Of a stretch of DNA of 64,000 bases, positions 10,401-18,005 are shown piece by piece; the first letter of the stretch is position 1; each line of letters starts with the position of its first letter. The DNA lies in contig CABMEU010000024.1 in assembly GCA_902385225.1 (NCBI GenBank), positions 5,606 through 69,605 on the forward strand. The letters run 5' to 3'. Origin of the DNA: an uncultured archaeon. GTDB lineage: Archaea > Iainarchaeota > Iainarchaeia > Iainarchaeales > JAAZKV01. A model generated the notes under the pieces. The model ran no database searches, was not told where the DNA came from, and saw only the letters and a list, made by a program, of their open reading frames with translations. Position numbers and translations under genes: made by a program.

Positions 10401-11302
10401 ACATCCTTTAATTCTTCAGCGTTTAAAACAAAGTCGCCGGTTTTTATCGAGCCATTTGATGAAACAACATAAGAGTACATTGTGGCTTTAATATTCTCAA
10501 ACACCGCTTCTCCGTCATAGTTTGTTGGTTTAATTGGAAGCACTTCATCATCGAGCGTGTTTGTAAGAGATACTTGCGCATCAGCGATTGCGCCGTCTGC
10601 ATTGCTTACTAAAAATGAAACAGTCCCTGTTGTGATTATTTTTTCAAGAACAATGTTTTTTAGGGATTCGTCGCTTGCAATTGAAATTGTGTTCTCATGA
10701 TAGCCGGTCATCTCTCCTTTAAGCTGAATCATGTCGCACCCTACCGGCATGGTGACAAAAAATCCCTGGCTTGGCTGGTCGGTTGTCGGATTGAAAAGAT
10801 TTTTATCAACACTGTTTCCTTTTTTGCAAATAACCGTGAGTTTTGATTTTTGAAGAAGTTGCCCGTCAATATCTTTTACGGTCACTAGCACCGGGGCAAT
10901 GAAATAATTTGGGAGTGCTTCAAGGGAAATTTGCGCTTCTTTGTCCCCCGCGGAGATTGTGGTTCCGTTTGATTTGAATCCTTTTTTTGAAACACTTATT
11001 TCTGCGTCAGCGAGGCAGCCAACCAAAGCTGCTTTTCCGCCGGCATCGGTGGCAGCGCTTGCCATATATACTTTGCCCCCGCACTCCTGAACAAGATTCA
11101 CAGCAGCGTTAACTAGAGGGTTTTTTTGCGCGTCAAGAACACTTACTTCAATATTTTGGTCAAATGCGGGCGCTGAGAAGAACAATAAATATGAGATTAT
11201 TCCGATTGCCGCTATTATTATTACTAATATAATAATAAAGATAGGGTTGTGAATGTCCGGTTTTAATTTTTCAGCTAACCACCCCATTTCCACATTAATC
11301 AC
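4460..11302 (-). CDS. Giant membrane-anchored surface protein with repeated Ig/carboxypeptidase-regulatory-like beta domains
   Basis: 2280 aa; N-terminal TM helix IFIIILVIIIAAIGIISYLLFF; repeated V.V.D...PL..A.V / TD.GG.A units; N/S/T-rich with scattered Cys pairs. Confidence 0.8.
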   Translation of the reverse strand: MINVEMGWLAEKLKPDIHNPIFIIILVIIIAAIGIISYLLFFSAPAFDQNIEVSVLDAQKNPLVNAAVNLVQECGGKVYMASAATDAGGKAALVGCLADAEISVSKKGFKSNGTTISAGDKEAQISLEALPNYFIAPVLVTVKDIDGQLLQKSKLTVICKKGNSVDKNLFNPTTDQPSQGFFVTMPVGCDMIQLKGEMTGYHENTISIASDESLKNIVLEKIITTGTVSFLVSNADGAIADAQVSLTNTLDDEVLPIKPTNYDGEAVFENIKATMYSYVVSSNGSIKTGDFVLNAEELKDVSVYFSDPTPDVNQPDANVIQIKATAGTLPLSGAQVELYQIAKDGSSSINFLTRYTAMDGTIEPAFISDTNYNYKAVVNYATYEIKIIDVVPRPRRLGPVEVSMVSGGVSLVAKIINDLNEPQKDASTNASLYITGFSSPLYRAQRPDTNGNVTFSNLPAGTYRIDANNLTDSGTLNGIVLSEINKTVTVKIITGRGVLKFFLLNAQNNQALNGECDFYEKTGTTFTKLSTVLSVNGACTTSELRVEKQIKMVARIDNYFKYESQLVNVTRTPNPKAFNAYLRKQDELPNTKETQLILRQIYSANPFDGSSNGAVTAADKLMPGGRYYLAFDLVLNKVSDMNTIASFSVSPDDKNTVAGISGDSNIYIADAYSIDNSITLKTDTKAAPFFVDYSAAQGDYPKAKQVNLNYDQQRGPQVIPIILVLGVDANAKGSVYVNYQAESDAQYGLVQHKDFNIGEKFCFSDCPQFLFDTEISWNGRNYAPIENPQKLLYDSAGLDYNYYIQTKVRNTTDKDIGTAYLASDITLDDSNFLSIFPNLTSSIKEITLLPLGQTTNQGIKLTTKKITPTSGASRIVKLTQRVRSANGVISYANTPGNKSDLNFLIRSRKTITLSFNATGVENTLYEKSQYPGAIVNTYFVDPSANMARIRDENAPADWVAYVDGTTPRQYVGQGRTDAGGRQITSLNLTNVQKGAKIIFEASDNYSSASVRREVIVTEAMPASLLAPTNCLIIKVGDTQVTSESDPINLNINDPERKNMQFTVQLDSGIPECRRLTSVTLSVEPRSNGISIDTSNLILDADSSPARIVAYSQSNYSILGIYQVSAKITPLNSSQQPIGNSEYAGKLELNLIDTNTARNCFTIDKTSFNFLEKQSAGGTITNNCFDGRKDIFNPVLAVTKPGTSNTDSSVTVDWKKPGYIAPFDLNVYVVGSAIESVVGCGGVFTNINYGIYTPYYAAYNMIFPRNISADYIQNGLATNLNDICATMDYNGISIAKPEPGVSAEPQENKVSSASFGSFVPVTPENQASPGDPLRKGSYIDIPRDPNALVANGISVVNGSTVAAPSLSAQWNSWAASNNISTSSCGPLGCQPLTDAYNSALQDNMYSRGLAWIPLGNPLGVNVVSERPFPYATDVELLWGQKNGQATDFYGNLLNIPQLNPTESGSGVSSSIENWLDLGPAWTGTINETRGQALILCPPANNTNPEQSSQYCLEAVPAANESIYVKSADLGNGVFYLKVSRPMAHYHVNQYAFGFQFGELMKKELLKERRAIFIGTIHIVPNNGANQDSTSYLAPSEFSASAIPAARWTNMSSYSTNSEWNRVNNTPLKVGDVQIVSPNGLPTTSIFKVLSVAEQTSGYSYGSNATSFVNPERALEASTTTGHPWTVKPASDPLVEYDATGKIMYSIPQAYANILAASGVKVYLQNGEVRAEYTGTVAQQGVTTPNIDFNITNVSVFDTNYSDLTVTDWAKNPQTGVLEKKSRTFRVKIKAGAANCFSPTGEPGYTGTNYAPRLKFNWDWNAINYNECDSNNVNYSYCDAAQFTVSLFKRLPMLNNALSRGDSTIPTLSGFYAYLMKDNYTQYFLDAFKAAYPGNLVADTTFRDREFGYDQFIRDSAGRTRIHFFTRDSSGAVSPGANLSSAGMYRVEIQPVYENSDDPAIMGINGPVAELNITFQFAKDPPYANPLYELPFDGPVGQTSIGTDTLAWRGMDASTFYGTSKILKIQDGIIPESAQSLIDYEYDPQHALVNLNVSTDSNLSRLNNGTVLEYYVENGVRQLKLLSTKPTPVILTINGLAPSAVHAEYFVNPSTSTSNFQKTWRIIDSNLDTTNSFCIDFSNKQPVYYTDTGDGSTNKRQLNWSDSSKSGYLKLATTFFAPNYIGNAINVNLGDQANVKIDSYSSNDGKSASISSYVDSRAPYFGSVKEILGAVKAQKMCVGPTQNGGFKVWWNQKYLNTLIRDLAASTGSSSASLTKCFPANSQ

Positions 11303-11389
11303 TCGCCAAGATTATGCAAAATAAATGCTTTTTTGGGATATAAACATTGCCTAAGAACTAAAAAATGGGTTCAAACTGCCTGCAGAGGA

Positions 11390-11995
11390 TTAATAGGAAG
11401 TAAAAGTGATTTCGCAGTGCGCCATTTTTCTATTAAACTCAAGTTCCGGCTTTAATTCTTTCCATGAGTCAACAAGCCTGTCAAATCCTTCCCAAATTAG
11501 GAACCATGAGGCGGGTTCTGCAATGAAAAACGCTACTCCGCTTGCTAACTTGATTAAGTCGGATGGAATCCCGTCAAGTTTATGCAAAAATATTGCCCCA
11601 AGAACTGCAATTACAAGTCCTACTCCAATTCTTATTGTCCCGTTTCGTTTTACAAGCGCAATATCTCTTGCCACCTGATCATGGTGCTTCTTGAAGTGCT
11701 CTTTAAGTCTTCTCCTAATTGTGACCTCGGTTGCTTCTTTTCGCATTTCAGCCGGCACTAGGAAATGGAGCTCTATTACGCCTGTGGTTTTTTCTCTTGT
11801 TGCGCGGTTCACCTCTACAAGAAAATCATCCGAGAGCGCGCGGTGTTCAAAGTTTCTCGGATCAAAGTCCGAGAACAAATCGTCATAAGTATCAAGGATT
11901 AGACTTATTTCGGAGAGCTGGAGGAGTTTTTGTTTCTGCGCCCACTCATCCGCCTCTTTGGCGATTTTCTTTACGGGGTCCATATACTCAGGCAT
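11390..11995 (-). CDS. Hypothetical membrane protein (2 TM)
   Basis: LDTYDDLFSDFDPR N-terminal motif and two hydrophobic helices. Confidence 0.75.
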   Translation of the reverse strand: MPEYMDPVKKIAKEADEWAQKQKLLQLSEISLILDTYDDLFSDFDPRNFEHRALSDDFLVEVNRATREKTTGVIELHFLVPAEMRKEATEVTIRRRLKEHFKKHHDQVARDIALVKRNGTIRIGVGLVIAVLGAIFLHKLDGIPSDLIKLASGVAFFIAEPASWFLIWEGFDRLVDSWKELKPELEFNRKMAHCEITFTSY

Positions 11996-12166
11996 GACTA
12001 ATATAATTCTTCGCTATTTTTAATCCTGCGCCTTGCCCCAAAAATGTAAGCGGGCCGAAATTATGGGGCAGTTTAGCGCCCAGGAATTGAATTTTAAAGG
12101 AATGCATTTATTGGGTAATTACTGGGACTGCTTTTTTTGGTCTTACAGTGGATGGATGGTGGGAAG

Positions 12167-12328
12167 ATGAAGAAGATGTGCGCAAGATGCGGGACGATTT
12201 TTGAGGCGAAGGAACACACTGAGAAGTTTTGCTCTACTCGGTGCGGAAATGTCTTTGCGGAATCCTCGCTTGGTTATTTAAAAAAGGGACAAACTGAGAG
12301 AAAGGTTTATGCTCCTGAAATGCAGTAA
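12167..12328 (+). CDS. Small zinc-finger-like protein
   Basis: CARC...FCSTRC (CxxC and CxxxC); GGTGGGA RBS before ATG 12167. Confidence 0.6.
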   Translation: MKKMCARCGTIFEAKEHTEKFCSTRCGNVFAESSLGYLKKGQTERKVYAPEMQ

Positions 12329-12344
12329 ATTTTTTTAACTTAAA

Positions 12345-13295
12345 TTATGGAAAGTGCTCAATTAGCACTTTTTCTATTTCTTCAATTGATTTGCTCATCG
12401 CGAATTTGTTTCTCATTATCGCCGCTCCGCTAAACCCTTTCGCGAGCCCGATGAAATACGGCCTTATGTCATTCACGCCGAGGTTAAATTCTTTTGCGAG
12501 CTCAAAATATCTTTTGGCTTCTTTTGAAGTTTCCTTTTCTGTTCGCTCCGGAATTTTTTCCCCGGCGAGCGCGCATTTAACTTGTTTAAATAAAAATGCA
12601 TTTCCAATTGAGGCTCGCCCCACCATAACAAAATCGCATTTGGTTTCTTTCATCATTCGCGCTGCGTCATTTGGAGTTTTAATATCCCCGTTCCCAATCA
12701 CCGGCACCCCAACAGCTTTTTTTAGTTCCTTAATTTTTTCCCACTGTGCTTCCCCAGAGTAACCCTGCTCCCCAAATCGTGGGTGAAGCGTAATCGCATC
12801 AACCCCTGCGCTCTCCGCAACGCGCGCAACATCAAGAAAAGTTTCTTCTTTAAGTCCAAGGCGCATTTTGAGAGTGACTGGCTTTTCACTTGCGCTCTTC
12901 ATCTCGGTTAAAATTTGTCCAACAATTTGAGGCTCGTTCATTAGGAGGCAACCGTATTTTCCCTTGAGGGCTTTTGGAACAGAGCAGCCGCAGTTCAAGT
13001 CATACCCCGCAAAATTCCCCGCGAATTTTTTTTCAACAAGCAAGACAGCTTTACCAAAATCTGAGGGAGTGTTCCCAAATAGCTGCAAAAACACTGGCTT
13101 TTCATTTTCACTCACCGCAAGCATTCTTGCGGTTTTTTTGCTCTTCATCAAAAGCGCTTTTGCAGAAATGAGTTCAGTGTAGCAAAGCGCCGCCCCGTAC
13201 TCGCGCGCAAGCACACGAAACGCGACATTAGTATAATCCGCCATCGGGGCGAGGAATACTTTTCCATTTAATTTAAGCCCGCCGATTTTATTCAT
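12345..13295 (-). CDS. dus: tRNA-dihydrouridine synthase (DusB/NifR3 family)
   Basis: LAPMAD, DLNCGC, LHPR, GNGDI and VMVGRA motifs; AGGAG RBS before MNKIGG. Confidence 0.93.
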   Translation of the reverse strand: MNKIGGLKLNGKVFLAPMADYTNVAFRVLAREYGAALCYTELISAKALLMKSKKTARMLAVSENEKPVFLQLFGNTPSDFGKAVLLVEKKFAGNFAGYDLNCGCSVPKALKGKYGCLLMNEPQIVGQILTEMKSASEKPVTLKMRLGLKEETFLDVARVAESAGVDAITLHPRFGEQGYSGEAQWEKIKELKKAVGVPVIGNGDIKTPNDAARMMKETKCDFVMVGRASIGNAFLFKQVKCALAGEKIPERTEKETSKEAKRYFELAKEFNLGVNDIRPYFIGLAKGFSGAAIMRNKFAMSKSIEEIEKVLIEHFP

Positions 13296-13419
13296 AAATA
13301 ACTCCTGAGCGGGAAGGATAAAAAAGTTTGTTTTAAACGCCGCCAAAGCCAAAAGCGTGTCCAATATAATGGGCTAGAACAATCCCCTTATATTGCTTTT
13401 CTCGGGTGAGTAATATAAA

Positions 13420-14889
13420 ATGAACCACAAATGCGGGATTTGCGGCGTCGGCGGAAAAGAGAACGCTGAATACTTGTTATACAAAATGCTTCTGCAGATG
13501 CAGCACCGCGGACAGCTCTCCGCGGGAATTACTACTTATCATCCTGAGAGCACTCAGCGCCTTTTAACCTACAAAGAGCTCGGACTTGTGAATAACGCTT
13601 TTCACGCGGAGCATAAGGGAAAATTCGCTTCAATAATGCAGAGTCATAAATCATTAACAGGAATCGGACATGTAAGGTACGCGACCAGCGGGGCTGATGA
13701 TAAAACATACGCTCAGCCGTTTGAGCGCGCTCACGGAAGAAAAAACAAGTGGTTTAGCTTTTGCTTTAACGGGAATATTTCAAATTACGCGGAGCTTAAG
13801 CGCGGGCTTGAGAGAGAAAATTATCACATAGTGCGGGAAACCGACACTGAAATAATAATGCACTTGCTTTCAAAATCAATTAAGACAAGCGGGAGCATTG
13901 TTGATGTCTTTAGCGGGGCTTCAATAAAACTTGACGGGTCATACAACCTCGCGTTCATGAACGCGGAAGGAACGATTGTTGCCGCAAGAGACCCATTGGG
14001 TTTTCGCCCGCTAAGTTACACAACCTCAGACGGGGAAATGATTTTTGCCAGCGAAAGTGTTGCGCTCACCTCAAACGGCTTTGATCATTTTAACGACCTC
14101 GCCCCAGGTTGCGTATTGATAAAAGAAAATAATGATATTCGAATAGAGCGCTTTGCTTCGGCAAAAAAGAAAGCGCATTGTTTTTTTGAGTGGGTATATT
14201 TTGCGCACCCTGCCTCAGTAATGGAGGGGGAGTTAGTTTACAAGGCGCGCCACGCTCTTGGAAAAGAACTTGCAAAACTTGAGACGGAAAAAATTGATAA
14301 GGATTGTATTGTTGTCCCTGTTCCTGATTCAAGCAGGCCGGCAGGAGAAGGATTTGCAGAAGCCTTAGGAATCCCCTGCGTTGAAGGATTAATTCGAAAT
14401 CGTTATGTCGGAAGAACCTTTATTGAGTCGGGGGACAGAGCGCAGAAAGTAAAAGACAAATTTACTCTTGTAAAGCAGGTAATTGAAGGGAAAAAGATTT
14501 TTTTGGTCGAGGATAGTATTGTCCGAGGAACCACTCTTCGTAATTTAATTGATTTTATAAAAAAGAACGGGAATCCAAAAGAAATTCATGTAAGGGTTTC
14601 CTGTCCCCCTGTGCGGTGGCCCTGCTTTTATGGAATTGATATGAGTTCGCGCTCTGAGCTCATTGCGGCAAAACATGAAGATAACTCAGCCGCAGAGAGA
14701 TTTGTTGGAAGCGAACTTGGAGCTAGTTCGCTTATTTACCAGACCGAAGCGGGGCTGATTAAGGCAATCGGGCTTGACAAGAAAGATATGTGCCTTGCTT
14801 GCCTAAACGGCTCATACCCTACAACAATGGGCGAGCAGTTAAAACTTTTCACTGGAAACGGGCGAGCGGCTGAATCAAAATGCAAATGA
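13420..14889 (+). CDS. purF: Amidophosphoribosyltransferase
   Basis: Ntn Cys after a short propeptide (MNHK-CG); QHRGQ, GHVRYAT, CFFEWVYFA, VEDSIVRG, CLAC. Confidence 0.96.
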   Translation: MNHKCGICGVGGKENAEYLLYKMLLQMQHRGQLSAGITTYHPESTQRLLTYKELGLVNNAFHAEHKGKFASIMQSHKSLTGIGHVRYATSGADDKTYAQPFERAHGRKNKWFSFCFNGNISNYAELKRGLERENYHIVRETDTEIIMHLLSKSIKTSGSIVDVFSGASIKLDGSYNLAFMNAEGTIVAARDPLGFRPLSYTTSDGEMIFASESVALTSNGFDHFNDLAPGCVLIKENNDIRIERFASAKKKAHCFFEWVYFAHPASVMEGELVYKARHALGKELAKLETEKIDKDCIVVPVPDSSRPAGEGFAEALGIPCVEGLIRNRYVGRTFIESGDRAQKVKDKFTLVKQVIEGKKIFLVEDSIVRGTTLRNLIDFIKKNGNPKEIHVRVSCPPVRWPCFYGIDMSSRSELIAAKHEDNSAAERFVGSELGASSLIYQTEAGLIKAIGLDKKDMCLACLNGSYPTTMGEQLKLFTGNGRAAESKCK

Positions 14890-14918
14890 TTTAGCAAAGC
14901 ATAATTAAACTGCCAAGC

Positions 14919-17009
14919 TCACTTTTTCTTTTTGCCTGTTTTAGGTTTTTTCTTCTGTTTTTGAATTAGTGTAGTAACAACATCAACCGCATAACACCCG
15001 TCTTCAGTTACGATTAACGGATTTATTTCAAGTTCGCTCAGCTGCGGATAAGTGTTTGCAAGCGAGGCGATTAATTTTATTGTTCTCTTCAGCGCGTCAA
15101 CATCATATTTTCTCTTTGTCCTTGCCCCAAGGAGCACAGCGGTTCCTTTTACCTCACTTAGCATTTCCTCAACATCAGACTCGCAGAGCGGAGAGAGCTT
15201 TTGCGAGAAGTCCTTCATTATTTCAACAAATATTCCGCCAAGCCCGTAAGTAATTGCTTTCCCAAACTCGGTTGTAATTGCCGAGAGTAACACTTCCTGC
15301 CCGATTATCATTTCCTGCATCGCAAGAACCGGCTTGAGTGAGATTTCTTTTGATTTTGCGAGCATGTAATCAATTTGTTTTTCAAGTTCCTCTTTCGAGT
15401 TTATGTTCGCTTTTACTAACCCGTGCTCGGTTTTGTGCGCAAGGCCAGATGCTGTTTTAAGCGCCACAGGGAATTTTACTTTATCCAGCTCGATTTCGTC
15501 TTTCTTTGAGAAGAAAATTGTTTTTGGTGTTTTGATTCCGAATTCTTTTAACAGAACAAATGATTCCTCAAGAGTGAGCGAGGCTTTTTTTGCCAAAATG
15601 TTTTTGATGCTTTTCTTTGGGGCAACTTTTTGCTCAAAACATTTCTTTAGTTTTTTATTTTCATAGTATCTCTGCAATCTTGAGAGTGCTTTTATTCCGC
15701 GTTCTGGTGTTTCAAATTCCGCCACCCCGTTCTCTTTGAGATATTTTCTCGCATGCGCGACAGAGGTCCCTCCAAGGAATGAGCAAATAATTGGTTTTTT
15801 TCCGTTGAGTGAAACCACCATATCGGCAACCCTTTCAGGCTGTGTCATGCTCTGCGGGGTGAGAAGCGCGTAAATTAAATCAATTTCTTTATCATCCTGC
15901 AGTACAGAAAGCGCTGTTCGGTAGTTTATCGGTTTTGCGTCCCCGATTAAATCAAGCGGGTTTGACGCGTGGGGATTAATTTGTTTTACTGTTTTGAGCG
16001 TTTTAGCGCTAAAATTTGGAAGCGTAAATTTGTGAACTGAGGCAGAGTCCGCAACAATTACCCCCGGTCCGCCCGCGTTAGTTACTACCGCTAATCGAAG
16101 CCCCTTTGTCTTTTTCACTTTCGCAAGAATTTTTGCTATGTCAAAAAATCCTTCTATGGAATTTATTCTAATCATATTTGATTTTTTGCAGGCGATTGAG
16201 AATATTTTATCATCCACGCTCATCGCGCCTGTGTGTGAGGACGCCGCTTTTTGTCCTTCCGCGCTTCTTCCGGATTTTATTACAACAACAGGTTTTTTCT
16301 TCGCAAGCTGTGCGGCTTCCTTAAGAAACTTGTGCGCATTTTTTACCGACTCCATATAAACGAGCACAGATTTTGTGGAGGGGTCCTTCTCAAGATAATG
16401 AAAATATTCCGCTTCGCCAAGGAAAGATTTGTTTCCGGCTGAAATGAATTTACTAAACCCGATTTTTTCAAGTCTCGCCCAGTCAAGTATTGCCGTGCAC
16501 AATGCGCCTGACTGGGAAACTACCGCGACTCCCCCGCTTTGGGGAAAATTTGCCGCAAATGAAGCGTTAAGCCCGTTTTCAGTGTTAATTATTCCAAGGG
16601 TATTCGGTCCGACAACCGCCATTTCTTTTGCCTCAACTATCTTTCGTATTTCTTCCTCAAGCGCTTTTCCTTCTTCTCCCGTTTCAGAGAAACCGGCGGT
16701 AATTATCACAGCGGCTTTGATTTGTTTTTGCGCGCATTCTTTAATAACGCCCGGAACGAATTTTGAAGGAACACAAATTATTGCGGCGTCAACAGTCCCG
16801 GGTATTTTTGTAACAGAAGGAAATGCGTTTATTCCCTGTATCATCGGCTCGTTTAAATTAACCGGATGAATCTCTCCTGAGAAATTTGCTTCAATTAAAT
16901 TCCTCACTATCGCATACCCGACTTTTCCCGGCGTATTTGATGCACCTATTACTGCCACGCTTTTTGGATTAAAGAGTAGTTCCAAATTGGCCGAAGATTT
17001 GTTTGGCAT
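14919..17009 (-). CDS. acd: Acetate-CoA ligase (ADP-forming), fused alpha/beta subunits
   Basis: VAVIGAS, GPNTLG, SQSGAL, SHTG phospho-His, NPLDL; C-terminal ATP-grasp HKTE...LEINPL. Confidence 0.92.
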   Translation of the reverse strand: MPNKSSANLELLFNPKSVAVIGASNTPGKVGYAIVRNLIEANFSGEIHPVNLNEPMIQGINAFPSVTKIPGTVDAAIICVPSKFVPGVIKECAQKQIKAAVIITAGFSETGEEGKALEEEIRKIVEAKEMAVVGPNTLGIINTENGLNASFAANFPQSGGVAVVSQSGALCTAILDWARLEKIGFSKFISAGNKSFLGEAEYFHYLEKDPSTKSVLVYMESVKNAHKFLKEAAQLAKKKPVVVIKSGRSAEGQKAASSHTGAMSVDDKIFSIACKKSNMIRINSIEGFFDIAKILAKVKKTKGLRLAVVTNAGGPGVIVADSASVHKFTLPNFSAKTLKTVKQINPHASNPLDLIGDAKPINYRTALSVLQDDKEIDLIYALLTPQSMTQPERVADMVVSLNGKKPIICSFLGGTSVAHARKYLKENGVAEFETPERGIKALSRLQRYYENKKLKKCFEQKVAPKKSIKNILAKKASLTLEESFVLLKEFGIKTPKTIFFSKKDEIELDKVKFPVALKTASGLAHKTEHGLVKANINSKEELEKQIDYMLAKSKEISLKPVLAMQEMIIGQEVLLSAITTEFGKAITYGLGGIFVEIMKDFSQKLSPLCESDVEEMLSEVKGTAVLLGARTKRKYDVDALKRTIKLIASLANTYPQLSELEINPLIVTEDGCYAVDVVTTLIQKQKKKPKTGKKKK

Positions 17010-17130
17010 GAAGGATTAACTGCTTATGATTATTAAAAGGTTTTGAGTGTTTGGCCAAAGTTTTATGGGAATAAAAAAGCTCCAAAAAAAGCTTAATAAA
17101 GGGGGAAAACCAACTAATACTGGCGATTAA

Positions 17131-17736
17131 GTGAATAAGATAATTGACTTGCTTATTATTTCCTCATTCTTCTACGGACTTGCCGCTGGTCTGCTTGGTC
17201 CGATTTACGCGATTTATGTTCAGCAAATAGGCGGGGATATTCTTACCGCGGGTTACTCTTATGCGCTGTTCACGATAATCTGCGGCGTATTCATTCTTTT
17301 GCTTGGAATTTGGGAGAACCGCGCAAAGCACGAGGAGAAAATAATTTTCGCATCAAGGCTTCTTGCGGTAATAGGCTTTATAGGATACTTATTTGTCTCA
17401 ACTCCGACTGATTTGTTTTTGGTGCAGATAATTCTTGGAATTTCGATGGCGCTTATTGTACCCGCATTTGATTCATTTTACTCAAAGCACCTCGACAAGC
17501 ACTGCGAAACAGAGGAATGGGGCGCCTGGGAGGGATTTTACCAAATCTCGCTTGGAATTTCTGCGGCGGCGGGGGCAATTATTGCGGATTTCTTTGGATT
17601 TAAAACGCTCATCTGGCTTATGATAATCTTCGCCGTATTTTCTTTGATAGTAGTCTGCTTTATGACGGTTAAATCCAAAAAAAATAAGAAAAAAGTAAAT
17701 GCGCCAAAAAAGGCGCGCAAAAGAAGACAAAAATAG
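17131..17736 (+). CDS. Half-size (about 6 TM) MFS-like membrane protein
   Basis: Six hydrophobic helices; PIYAIYVQQIGG MFS-like start; basic C-terminal tail. Confidence 0.75.
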   Translation: MNKIIDLLIISSFFYGLAAGLLGPIYAIYVQQIGGDILTAGYSYALFTIICGVFILLLGIWENRAKHEEKIIFASRLLAVIGFIGYLFVSTPTDLFLVQIILGISMALIVPAFDSFYSKHLDKHCETEEWGAWEGFYQISLGISAAAGAIIADFFGFKTLIWLMIIFAVFSLIVVCFMTVKSKKNKKKVNAPKKARKRRQK

Positions 17737-17757
17737 GCAGCCGCATATTGCAGCTGC
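17737..17757. terminator. Hairpin between convergent genes
   Basis: GCAGC-C-GCA-TAT-TGC-A-GCTGC inverted repeat immediately after the MFS stop. Confidence 0.4.
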
Positions 17758-17774
17758 TATAAGTCTAATGCCAA

Positions 17775-17930
17775 CTAAGGATTCTCTTCAACAAACTTTT
17801 TGATTGCATCAAAGTTCTCTACTATGAGTTTTGCCTTGCCTTTGCCGAACTGGAAAGGAAAAGTGTCCTGTTCGTTTCTCTTCAGGATTATCATTTTGTT
17901 GCCTTTGAATTCACCGTATTCTACTACCAC
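17775..17930 (-). CDS. Small (51 aa) hypothetical protein, absent from ORF track
   Basis: MVVEYGEFKGNKMIILKRNEQDTFPFQFGKGKAKLIVENFDAIKKFVEENP; AGGTGA RBS before the GTG start. Confidence 0.8.
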   Translation of the reverse strand: MVVEYGEFKGNKMIILKRNEQDTFPFQFGKGKAKLIVENFDAIKKFVEENP

Positions 17931-18005
17931 TAATAATCACCTTAGATTAATTGCCTTTGGAAATAGTTAAAAAACTACTTAAACCTTCGTGCCGAAGTAT
18001 TATGT

